A DNA stretch of 63,898 nt, counting the filler, from Folioceros fuciformis (lineage: Eukaryota): NCBI GenBank assembly GCA_049999805.1. It is 4 parts of 3 records of this genome, joined end to end, with 100 filler letters (N's around TTAATTAATTAA, not from the genome) between each part and the next. Parts side by side here need not be neighbours in the genome. Positions count along the whole stretch, not along the records: positions 1 to 21,293 come from JBNGIO010006314.1; positions 21,394 to 35,818 come from JBNGIO010006316.1; 2 more parts are not named here. One strand, written 5' to 3'. Below the pieces are notes generated by a model. It saw nothing but the letters and a program-made list of their open reading frames with translations, was not told where the DNA came from and made no database searches. The translations under genes were made by a program, and so were the position numbers. Each line of letters opens with the position of its first letter. The first letter of the stretch is position 1. This document shows, in pieces, positions 12,826 through 23,470 of the stretch.

Positions 12826-13674
12826 ATGGCGGAACGAGACTTCCGCCTGCTGCTGTGTTGCCCTAGGGCCGTACCGCGGGAGGGGCTGCGTGTGGATCTG
12901 AGCGAAGAGCACGACAGGGAGCCGCACCCGGAAGAGGCGCTGGAGCAGAGCATCGCTGCGACGTGGAAGCACCGGCTGGTAAAGCAACCGGATCTCTTCA
13001 ACGGCTCCAAGTTCAGATATGGCGGATGCGGGGAGGGCGTGGACGGGGCGGCCCTGCTGCGCCTTGGCTTGACGGACTACATGACCTTCGTCGGCACCAA
13101 TCTGAGCTCCGAGTGGGAGCGGTTCTTGGTGGAGGACGCGGATGACTCTCGCCGGTGCAGGCACTGTGCGAATCCGCTTGGCAACGGCGCCGTTGTGGAG
13201 ACTGCGGACGGGCTTATCCTGACTCTGCGCCGGAGCGGCCGTGTTGGGGAGTTTCCGGGCCATGTGGTGTTCCCCGGTGGCCACTCGGAGCCGGAGGAGG
13301 TAGGGATCCGTGGGCATGGGGATGTCCGCGGGCGGGAGAAGGTGAACGCCGTGATCGCGCAGGAGATGTTTGATGGAATTGTGAGGGAAGTGGTGGAGGA
13401 GACGGGAGTACCGGCTCCCGCTCTCCATGAACCGCTCTTCATCGGAGTTTCGCAGCGGGCCGTGAACGTGCGCCCTACCGCCTTCTTTTACTTGCGATGC
13501 TCGCTCCCAGCTGCGGAGGTGCAGCGGCTGTATGCCGACGCTGTGCACTCCTTCGAGTCCACGCAGCTCCGTGCCATCTCTCGCGACCAACTGGAGACAG
13601 AGGCACAACAGATGCCGGGCTGCCACCAGGGAGGCGCCGCGCTCTACAGGCTCATGAGAGATTGTCGGGCTTGA
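12826..13674 (+). CDS. NUDX9: Nudix hydrolase 9 / NUDT22-like, intronless
   Basis: 282-aa ORF with LFNGSKFRY, LGLTDY, PLGNGAVVET and a split Nudix box VFPGGHSEP...IVREVVEETG, plus MPGCHQGG; typical of plant NUDX9. Confidence 0.9.
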   Translation: MAERDFRLLLCCPRAVPREGLRVDLSEEHDREPHPEEALEQSIAATWKHRLVKQPDLFNGSKFRYGGCGEGVDGAALLRLGLTDYMTFVGTNLSSEWERFLVEDADDSRRCRHCANPLGNGAVVETADGLILTLRRSGRVGEFPGHVVFPGGHSEPEEVGIRGHGDVRGREKVNAVIAQEMFDGIVREVVEETGVPAPALHEPLFIGVSQRAVNVRPTAFFYLRCSLPAAEVQRLYADAVHSFESTQLRAISRDQLETEAQQMPGCHQGGAALYRLMRDCRA

Positions 13675-13787
13675 ATGAAACACCCTTTTCACAGACGCTC
13701 AATTCCAGGAAATCAACGAAGGAAAGCGAAGGACGGCATCTCGTTTACCCAATGGAACAATTTTGCGATTGAGATCCCTGTGTGAAC

Positions 13788-13875
13788 TCTTCCAAATTTT
13801 TGGCACCACTCTGGTGTCAAAGAACTCCAACGTCTTCCAAATTTTTGGGACCACTTTGGAGTCAAAGAACTCCAG
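13788..13875. repeat. 45-bp tandem duplication (2 copies)
   Basis: TCTTCCAAATTTTTGGNACCACTNTGGNGTCAAAGAACTCCA at 13788 and 13833. Confidence 0.8.
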
Positions 13876-14554
13876 CCTAATCAAAGGAGACCTTTTCTAC
13901 CAAGATCTTACATTACCTCCAATCCCAATACACTATTGTACTCAAAAGTTGGAGACAAATATCGCCTGCCTGTCAAAACCTATTTTCCAGAACCCTGAAT
14001 TTAACGGGGATTCGTACTCCCTTGTTGGGTGCCATTTGATGACTTGTTCTAAAAAAGACAGAAGAAGTAATCTTTATTCTTTGTTTGTGCAGAAATATCA
14101 GTTGTGAAAAATCTTTGAAATTCTATTGGAGTAGAACAAAAAAGGGTAGTTCAATGCTAGGAAAATACATTATTTAATGTTTCTTTTAATGTTAGAGTAC
14201 CACTTGAGCTTGAGTAGACTTTTATGGCATACCAAAGTGGATGGATAAGTCTCTTCATGCCAAAGTGGATGGATCAGTCTCTTTCTAGGTGTTCAAAAAC
14301 TTAGAGAAAGAATTCCACGTATTCCTCGCCCCAAGAAGATGAATGAGACCCTCCTCACCAAACAAGACATTTGGTTGATGGGGAAAAAGGTGTTGGCTGG
14401 AAGATTATTGAATGGACATCGAAAGAAAGCGCGGCACTCACAAAACTCAGTTGTGCTTTGCACCATGAACTCCATTGCACCGACCTATGCCTTCACTCTG
14501 CACCCATTGAGTACAGTCACAAGGCATGGGCACAAAACCATACCCCTTTGGTGA

Positions 14555-14890
14555 AATGTCCGCTTTGGTTGGTTGCCCAAATTGTTGTGTCCCCTTCGAT
14601 GCAATGTCCATTTTGATTGGTTTTTCAAATTGTTCAGTCCCTTTGATGCAATGTTCGCTTTGGTTGGTTTTCCAAATNNNNNNNNNNNNNNNNNNNNNNN
14701 NNNNNNNNNNNNNNNNNNNNNNNNNNNNNNNNNNNNNNNNNNNNNNNNNNNNNNNNNNNNNNNNNNNNNNNNNNNNNCGCTTTGGTTGGTTTTCCAAATT
14801 GTTCACTCCCCTTTGATGCAATGTCCGCTTTGGTTGGTTTTCCAAATTATTCACTCCCCTTTGATGCAATGTCCGCTGTGACTGGTTTCC
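14555..14890. repeat. 48-bp tandem repeat array spanning an N gap
   Basis: Unit ATGCAATGTCCGCTTTGGTTGGTTTTCCAAATTRTTCACTCCCCTTTG (e.g. 14816, 14864), with copies on both sides of the gap. Confidence 0.85.
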
Positions 14891-15533
14891 AATGTGGCCA
14901 CATCGAGGATCCAAGAATGGGGTAGATATACTCCTAGATACCCAAAGAGAATGGCCGCTTTGGTATACCCTAGACTTCACCAAGGACAGTATCCAACCAT
15001 GCCACGGAGTTTAATTAGTCCAGCTCCCCACACTCCAGATGCTGGTGAACTCCATATGCTAGTGTGGTTTTAAAACTTTGTCACCGACACACCGAATCGA
15101 CGCAAATGGCACCACTATCCATTCGGGTAGCTGTCCAATACAGTCCGGATGGGATGCGTTTGTGACTAAATCGAATTCTTCTTCGCTTAACGTCTTCCTT
15201 GAAATCGTCGAAGGCTGCGTTGAAGCGGAATGCTCTTGATGTGGCGCCCCCGGCTTCCTTTTCCTTTAAACTTTCGTAATGAAGGTATGGCAATGACTGA
15301 AGCGTTTGGTCACTGATTGAATGACAAAAAATCGGATTTGATCTACATACAATATTTTCGCTTGTCCTTGCTGGTACGTACAATTGGATTACGCACTTGG
15401 GCAGAAGGGCAGCCACGCTGGGATGCCTAATGGGATGAAAATATGATGTGGAAGTCGTGATGAGCACCTGTTACTGCTTTCAAATTAGTGTATGCTGCTT
15501 TCACTCCACAGTTCCCTCCTTGGTCTCTATCGC

Positions 15534-15910
15534 ATGGAATGAAGGACCGTTTGTGAAATGGGCAGACTCTGAGGAGGGTAACCGCAGCAAGTGAATGCTT
15601 GCCTCCTCAAACACACAACTTACAAGCCTGACTTCAGGCCGCCGCTTGATTGCAGGGTTGCAGGAATGGAGTGCCCACGGCAAGCGAGAGCTTGGATGGG
15701 CGATTATGCTGAGGTAGTCACGATGCATGTCGCTGTGGCAGCACCCGACCACAACGCTCAGGTTGCGCCTGATGAGAAAGCAGCCATCGTATCCATGATG
15801 TCCCGATTGCAAAACAATGAAGAGGTGCACGAATTACCTCGCCCGAAGTCGAAGACGTCTATGAAACCAGCTTCACATGGAAGGAGAGAACACCTGGAAC
15901 CAAGGATACA
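15534..15910 (+). pseudogene. Decayed, internally deleted paralog of the adjacent ankyrin-PGG gene
   Basis: Matches 16894-17030 (FRPPLD.RV), then jumps to ~17480-17690 (NAQVA.DE.A...MS.LQ.N.EV.ELPRPK). Upstream 15400-15530 also resembles 16770-16890. Frameshifted and truncated. Confidence 0.85.
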
Positions 15911-16893
15911 AGACGTCGCTCGCCGAAATGCGAGAATGGAAAAATCTCTCCGGCAAGAAACACGTCCTCTCATGCAAAACCTTTAACATGCTTTGGGATT
16001 TTTCGCACTCTGCATCTGGCTTCTCTTCATGGTCTACGGAGCTTATGGATCCGAATCTTGAATCACCTCAAGTGAGAAATGCAAAACACTGTCATCTCAT
16101 ACCCGCCATGGAAGGTGCCAGTGCTTTGTCAAGTTGAACCAACCAAACCTCTTATTCTCATCTCCAACACCGTCGTTTCGCTTGCTGATAGGTGCCATTG
16201 AATTGCGGGCTTGGCCAGGAGAAGCTACGATGGGATGCAGAACGAACCGGAAATAGCTCACTCGGCAGCGCTTTGTGGGGTTGGATGGGCCAAGGGACTA
16301 ATAGCCCGTTGATTACAAATGCCTTTCAGCACGTGCCTGTCGCCTCCACCAACCAGACTGAGGAGGAACTTGCCAATACGTACACACCTTACACATTCAA
16401 TCATGTTCTCTTGTTTGACTGGAAATCCTAGTGCCACCTGAGCATGTGGACTTGAATCGGAGCTTTCGCGGCTGTGCTACTAAGTAAATCCCCTACCAGC
16501 TACCCCTCGACAGTTGACATATACGTCTTTTCGATCGGTCCAGCTGCGGACAGTCCGGATGCTATTTGAACATTGTGGGATTTTGCGAGCTTTCTCCTCC
16601 TGGTAGGCTTCAGACTGCAGGTATTCCCGCTCGTTTCCCGCACCGAAATTTGCTTGAGGCTGTTTGTCACGGTCAGCTTTAGGTGATTGGGCAGATTGGA
16701 TGAAGACCTCTGATCTCCTTTACACTGTGCTTGTCTTGTGCTGATAGGTGCCATCGAACGAGGGCCTTTGGGAGAAGAGCAGCCACGCTGGGATGGCGGA
16801 TGGGATGAGAATAAACGCTGGTCCTGGGATGTGCACCTGTTAGTGCTGGATCGTTCGCCGCTTTCGCCGCACTTCATTCCAAACATCAGTCCC

Positions 16894-18866
16894 ATGGAAT
16901 CAGCTTCGTTTGTGAAAGCAGCAGAAGTGGGTAACCTGCAGCAAGTGAATGAATACCTTCTGAAGCACGCAGGTACCATGCCTCCCTTCCGGCCACCTCT
17001 TGATTTCAGGGTTGAAGCAATGCACAAGGCAGCAGAAAATGGGCACGTTTCTGTGGTCGAAACCATTGTTCGGCAATGGCCAGCGGCTCTATCTCATGAC
17101 TTCAACTATTTTGGTCGGACACTGTTGCACATTGTTGCGAGGTCGGGGCAGGACAATATGATAGACCTCCAGCCACAAAGCTTTGTGGCTGGAGAGGCGT
17201 TACATCGGATGCAACGTTCTCTCAGAAGCTCAATGCTTTGCATATGGCATCACACCAGGGGCATGGGAAAGTAGTGCGTGTGCTATTAGATGCCTATCGC
17301 ACACGAAGCCCTTCCAACCTGACGTCATTTGTCAATGCCAAAGATATTCTAGGTCGGACACCCCTTCATTATGCATGCGCAGGTGGCCATGTTGGTGTGG
17401 TGAAGGAGCTGTTAGGCCAGATCGAAGTTGACCCTTGCGTACGTGACAAGGTCATTGGGCTGGTACCTGTCCACTTAGCAGCTTGTATAGGCGATCATGC
17501 TGTGATAGTAAAGCTTCTTTTAGGGGTGCCAGCAAGCGACCCCAACGCACAGGTTGCTTCTGATGAGGATGCAGTCATGACGTCCGCCATGTCCCAATTG
17601 CAGACCAACGACGAAGTGCCTGAGTTACCTCGCCCCAAATTGGAGGAAGCTGTACGTCAAACCAGCTTCACATGGAAGGAGAGAAACCCTTGGAACGAAG
17701 AATACGAGATAGTTCTTTCCATAGGAGGCGGCACCGCACTTCACCTGGCTTGTCAACAAAATCACATAACAGTGGTGGAAGCTCTCTTACAGCACTCCAA
17801 AGTCGAGGCAAATCCGGTGGATAACAATGGCATGACTCCTTTACACTATGCCGCAGGCGAGGGCCACCTGGAAGTGTTAAAGGTGATGCTCTCGGAGTCC
17901 ACAGTGCATCTCAATGCTCAAGTCAGAGCTCCAGGGAAATACTGGCACGAAAAGGCCTATCGTTTGGACACCCCTCTGCATCTAGCAGTCCGCAAGGGAA
18001 GGCTGTCCGCTGTGAAGGAGCTGTGTGGCAACCCCAACTTGAGGCCCAACATCGAGAACTGGAAACACAGGACTGCACTGCACCTGACATGGGTCACCCA
18101 CCACGACAGCCGTGAAGGCATTAGGGACCTGCTCCTCGCACGACCTGAAGAGAAGAAATACGTGGGTGAGAAGGAAATGAGCAAACAGAGTCTGCAAAAC
18201 TCAGCAAACGGACTCCTTGTGGTGGGCACTCTTATGGCCGGGCTCTCCTTTACAGCAACCATCACACCACCCGCATCCATTTCGGTAGACTCGATGTCCC
18301 CGTCCCTTGCTCCCAGCTCACTCGGGGATGTTGTCGACCGGCTGCCAGTCCCCCTCCGCAAGTTCTGGTGGTTCAATCACCTCACCTTCTTCTTTTCCCT
18401 GGTGGGATTCACCGCTGCCATCGCCTGCCTTCTCCCTCCCCACGTCAGCTCCAAGAACTTATTCGTGGCGGCGGAGGTGGTGCGGCTCCACCGTCTTGTC
18501 GTCGTCAGCACCGTCCTGGTCCTAAAAGCTTTTTTCTTGGTCAGCTGCGCCTTCCTGTCAGTTGAGAGTGCGAACCTGGGGGGAAGCTTCCCGGGGACCT
18601 TTGCCAAACTGGTGGGCTCCGCGCTCCTGGCAGTCGCTTACAGTATGTCCAGTTTCGAGCTGATTATGCCCAACGTGTCGAGCGTCTTCAAGACATTCGG
18701 GCCTGATCCCTTAGGCCTGGCAGCGGACGTTGTCGAAATGCGAGCATGTAAAGATCCCTCCTCGAAACAAGCGGTGATCAAGCAGAAACTGTCTAAGACG
18801 GTCATCGAGAAGGTTATCTTTCCCGTATGTTGCACAATCATGTTCTTCAAGCTGTACGGAGCTTGA
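16894..18866 (+). CDS. Ankyrin-repeat protein with C-terminal PGG/transmembrane domain (ACD6/ITN1-like); one frameshift near 17170
   Basis: Ankyrin repeats (GRTLLHIVA, GRTPLHYA, GGTALHLA, GMTPLHYAA, DTPLHLA), then a PGG-like segment LLVVGTLMAGLSFTATITPPAS and several TM helices. The N-terminal ORF and the 17238-18866 ORF are in different frames with no evident intron. Confidence 0.8.
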
Positions 18867-19313
18867 GGAGCCCATTGTTGTATACCTGCCTTCAGGATTG
18901 CTGGCATTCTTATCCCCGTTACAAAATGTCAAGCCCTCCTACATCAGTACTGTCTGCACATGTGGTTGTGCTGGGTGCAGAGAGGTCTTTCGCCGGGCCA
19001 CGTACAAGGGATGCGGGCAATATTCTTTTGTAGTGCATGGCCAATCTTGCTTGATAATATATTCTAGATTATTACAGAAGGATATCCTCTGAATCATAAA
19101 CAAATAAGAAGTTTATTTTAGCAAGAAATATGATTTGTTTAGGTGAACATAAAATATGTATTAAGTACTTAAACTAATTTTAATTAAGACCTTTTATTTA
19201 GTTTCTCATAAATTATGTATAAATGATTATTTGTTGAATTTATTTTTTGAGTAGATTTATTCTGCCCTTCCCGTTGCCCACTCTAGTCATAAAATGGCAA
19301 GTATAGCTTTGTT

Positions 19314-19820
19314 TGTTGGACAAGTGCGAGTTATCCTAGATCTCACAACATTACCTTAATGTAAGCATCATTTCCAAATATTAGGTGGCAAGTGGGGAAG
19401 GAGTAGGAAGAGACAGGTGGGAAGACGTAGCTACTCATGTGTAGGGCCACCAAAGGTTGGCATGGCAAGGCTAAGCAATGAAAAATAAGGTAGAGGTGCA
19501 CCATTGAAGCGATCAAGGGGAGGAAGTTGTAGTAGTCCACCTAGTATAGTTCAAGCATTGCTTCCTTCCACCAATAAATTACAACTCCCAAAAGCATCCA
19601 TGTAGTGACAAGCAAGCCTCTTACAATCACACCTACTTGGTGGAGTCCAAGGTTTAAGAGAAAGGGATTGTGTGTGCCTTGTACAATCACACCTATTTGG
19701 TGGAGTCTAAGGTTTGAGAGAGAGGGATTGTGTGTGCACCAGAGATTGTGTTGGACTTGTGCAACTTAGACTACTTGCGTGCAAGTAGACCATATGCAAT
19801 CCTTGCCATCTTCATCCAAC
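19314..19820. mobile_element. Putative solo LTR
   Basis: Begins TGTTGGA and ends TCCAAC. Flanks TTGTT/CTGTT resemble a degenerate 5-bp TSD. Contains a 60-bp tandem duplication (19622, 19682). Confidence 0.35.
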
Positions 19821-20473
19821 CTGTTTTAGGTTCAGCAAGTGCAAATGGAAATTTCTCAAGGTCTAAAAGTACATCAAGTACCTTAAACCAAATGGACATG
19901 CCTCGAGGTCCAACTTCAAGTGCCATTGAGTTCGAAATTATGATTTATCTCTATAAGTATCATGTACAAGAAGAATCCTCTCATCAAGGTCTACAACCTT
20001 GTGTTTTTTTTTTCTTTTTTTATTCCAACGAACGATGACTTCTAAAACGGCTTCAAAATTACAAACTTTTAAATAGTTTCCTAAGTTTTTACCAGAACTT
20101 CAAATGTCATTCAATCCTAACATATGTCTTATGCACACACATATGCTATATGCCATTAAAATCAACTTGCTTAGTTGTACAAGCTTGTATTTTCACTTTT
20201 GGATTTTGATAAGACACTTCTTTGAAAAACAACAAATACACTTGTAGCTTTATTGAAGTATTTGTGCAAAAAAAAAGTATTTGTGCAAAAAAAAAGTACA
20301 CCACTCAAGCACATAAATGCAACACTATTGCTCTTGTCTTTGTCTTCACCAATGCTTGACCAAAGCATAGTGTTATGATAACATCTTCTTCTCCACTTGT
20401 CAAGATAATTAGAACATCACGTGGTAGAGGATACTCATCCACCCCTTAGCTCCGAAGGTTCTAACTCATTAAC

Positions 20474-20639
20474 CAAAATGCAAAAGTGGTGCTAAACACA
20501 ACAAGTACCTAGTGTCTTTGCAACATATTTCAATTGTACATTGATGTTCTTCAATATTCTCCACTTGTTTTTTTATTAAGGAGAAAGCATTTTCAATGGC
20601 TACTCGTCTACAAGAAAACCAAGAATTGAATGCTCTTTG
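20474..20639 (-). mobile_element. PIF/Harbinger (DDE_Tnp_4) transposase remnant
   Basis: Translates QRAFNSWFSCRRVAIENAFSLIK/NKWRILKNINVQLKYVAKTLGTCCV*HHFCIL (one frameshift, one stop). This fits the FN..hS..R..IE.aF..LK.RW..L...CcvLHNF C-terminus of Harbinger transposases. Confidence 0.6.
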
Positions 20640-21221
20640 CTATGCATTTTGAAGCATTTTGAAGCCTCCAATGAATACGAATGTGCCTTATTAAACATAA
20701 CTTGAAACATGAAGTAGAGCATAGCATTGATAACTAAAAATAAAATAATTTTGTCTTTCCATAGCCTCACAAGGATGGATGCAAAGTCCACACAAGAGTA
20801 GGTTCCCAAGTTGCCAAAAGTAGTATGCCAATACATGCATCACATTGTAATTGGATTTCATATTGTGTACATCGTCCGACTGCAAAGAATGTGAATATGA
20901 ACTTTGGACCATAACATGAAGCATTAAGCAAAATATAGGCTCCATAACTAAAAATAAGATACTCAATATAATTATGTCAAAGAAAAAAAGAACTAAGACA
21001 AAAGACTCTCAACTTAGGGAAGAGAACAAGTGAAGTCCAAGAAGTAGACACTTAGTAAGGTATAGATGACGAATGAAGATGGAGAGCTAGGGAAAGAAAA
21101 GCAAACCCGGATCACTTGTCCCAAGATAGAATAATGACTCCCTCTTAATTGAAACCCCTAGATATCATTGTCTATCATTTTCACCATGCCCAACTACAAC
21201 TTTGGATGAAATGAGGTCTCG

Positions 21222-21293
21222 TACAATACAATACAATACAATACAATACAATACAATACAATACAATACAATACAATACAATACAATACAATA
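21222..21293. repeat. (TACAA)n microsatellite abutting a gap
   Basis: About 14 perfect pentamer copies. Confidence 0.95.
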
Positions 21294-21337
21294 NNNNNNN
21301 NNNNNNNNNNNNNNNNNNNNNNNNNNNNNNNNNNNNN

Positions 21338-21349
21338 TTAATTAATTAA
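21338..21349. other. Assembly linker TTAATTAATTAA inside an N gap (also 35863-35874 and 61494-61505)
   Basis: The same 12-mer, with stops in all six frames, sits centred in three 100-nt gaps; a scaffolding artefact. Confidence 0.9.
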
Positions 21350-21393
21350 NNNNNNNNNNNNNNNNNNNNNNNNNNNNNNNNNNNNNNNNNNNN

Positions 21394-21572
21394 GTGGCTC
21401 GTTCTCCTCAGCCAATTTAGTCTCTCCGACCACCTTCAGGCGTATTAGTGACGACGATTGCTTAGTGAATGACGGCAATCCTATCCAAGCTGGTCAGATT
21501 TTGTATTTTCAGTATTCGAATTCTTTCGAGTATCCTCTGAAGGTGAAATACGCCCGCGGTTGCAACCTCTAA
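21394..21572 (+). CDS. TPD1-like peptide gene, copy A (3' part of last exon; 5' part lost in gap)
   Basis: GSFSSANLVSPTTFRRISDDDCLVNDGNPIQAGQILYFQYSNSFEYPLKVKYARGCNL*; near-identical to 28154-28332 (offset 6760). Confidence 0.8.
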
Positions 21573-21661
21573 TGATATAATAATGTTCTTCTTTCCGCAA
21601 TGCAAATGAATAAATAGTGCCAGCATGCGGCACACCACTAGCATGCTTGGTTGCCACGTAC

Positions 21662-22240
21662 TTTGGAGGATCCACTAGTACGGCTCATCATCTGTGATAG
21701 ACTTTGGTGATACTACTCGTCCACTTCAAAACACATAGTATTTATTTCCTTTCGTCCTTGGAGGAATCCAATAGAAACTCATCAACCCAAGAGTGATCGT
21801 CGATGGAAAGTTGTCCCAAGTTTGCTGTATGGGAGCTTTAGACCTATGCTACTAGCGATAAGCAGCCAGGCATGTCACATGAGGCAGTGACGCATGTAAA
21901 TGTTTTAAGCAACCGCAGACTTAACTATGCTAAAGAATTAACATAGGCAATGGTCATTTTAAAGAGTTGAGCTTTTTTTCTTACATGAACTTAAATACAT
22001 TTTATTTTTAAAGTTACTTAATTCAGAGGATTGCAAGCAACAAGGTCATTCTCAAGTTTGGTTGGAATACAAATGTATTGAGATTTTGTATAACATGCTT
22101 AAATTCCTCTAATGTAAAGAAGTTTATCACTCGTTTGTCCCAAGACCACTCTTGCTCTTAGATAAGAACTCGATGCTTTAGATATGTGTGCCACGCTAGA
22201 AGGATATGGGTATGGTGTATACTTGTAGGCGAGCCTAAGA
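21662..22240. repeat. ~580-bp non-coding segment X; inverted copy at ~29021-29608
   Basis: TTGGAGGATCCAC...CTTGTAGGCGAGC is the reverse complement of 29021-29608 at high identity. Confidence 0.9.
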
Positions 22241-22329
22241 TGTTTAAACATCTTAAGGTACAAAACATGCATAAAGTAAAGTAAAGTAAAGTAAAGTAAA
22301 GTGGAGTGTGAGTTTATTTTGTATAGGGA

Positions 22330-22950
22330 GTGTCCCTATACTTTGCACAACAGGGTTTCACTTAGAGTCGACCATTTTTTCACAAGGGGGGGGACAAGTT
22401 TGCGTTGCTGATGTGGTTGTTACGAATCCCACCAGGGATTTGATTAGCGAGCACGTCATCATCAACCCTTCCTACTTAGGCGGTGGAGGGTTGTGCAAGC
22501 GCCAATGTCCCTAAGCATTCTATCGTGCAAGACGGGCATACTTTAGTCCCCCTTGCCATTGAGACTCATGGGGCTATGAGCAAGGCCTTTTCAAGGTTTA
22601 TCATAATCATAGGAATGGTGTTCTCCCTCTTTCCTTTGTGGTGGCCTTCTTTTGACAATGCGTATCCATTGCTTTGCAAAGAGCATTGGCCAACGCGGTT
22701 TTTAGGACAGCATCAAGCGCAGGTCAAGCGGCTTCTTCGGCTTTGGTGGTAGGTAGACCTTTTGTTATTATTCCACATCATGACATTTAAGGAGCAGTAG
22801 GTAGTTTTTGAGAATGGTATTCGAAGGGGCTAGTTCTCCTTCTGCTCAGGCTGTTCCTCCAATCTTTGGAGTAGATGGGACTTTGCTCAGGGTGTTACTC
22901 CAATCTTTGGAGTAGATCTTTGGGACTTTCCATCTCTTTTTGAATAATAG
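22330..22950 (+). mobile_element. 3' fragment of a CRE-like (restriction-like endonuclease) non-LTR retrotransposon
   Basis: ADVVVTNPT...GHTLVPLAIETHGAM...VSIALQRALANAVL are RLE motifs. Followed by a 3' UTR ending TTTCCATCTCTTTTTGAATAATA and preceded by (GTAAA)n. Confidence 0.65.
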
Positions 22951-23470
22951 AAAATACAATTTAGTAGTGATTATGTCTATAAAACCTTTATGATAAAGTA
23001 AACTTTCATGAAAAACCTTATCTTATAGTCTTCTACCCATGCCTACACATACATAATCATGAACAATACAAACCGTTTGCAACAAGGAAGGGTTGAGACG
23101 ATAGGCTCATCACTTTGATATGATGACTAAGGTCTTTGGTTTGTACATTGCGCCCACGTATTGATCACTAGGCATCATGTAGTTGATTCTTCGATTTGCA
23201 GGTCCTACGTTGCTCACTAGCCCCATTTTGTGGATGGAGGTGATCTAAAACCCTAAACTGTCACCCTTCCTCGTACCCATCGACAATATTTTCACGGAAA
23301 TTGTCTTTGTAGAGAATTTTGTAGTAGGGCACAATAGCCATATATCTTTTTTTGTATGGCATGAGAAATATGTATAACATTACGATTTTTATATTATATG
23401 CAAGGGGATTGTAATATATGTTTTTAAATAATATGAGAGACGTTTCCATGTTTCAGTTCCGTAGGCCGAT

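Noticed and set aside
12811-13692. 293-aa antisense ORF over NUDX9
   Set aside because: Shadow ORF of a GC-rich CDS; no recognisable motifs.
14447-14983. ORF with 16-aa repeats / CRISPR-like periodicity
   Set aside because: A head-to-tail 48-bp tandem repeat with no unique spacers; the ORF crosses an N gap.
21338-21349. Palindromic TTAATTAATTAA recurring three times
   Set aside because: Always centred in 100-nt N gaps; a scaffolding linker, not biology.
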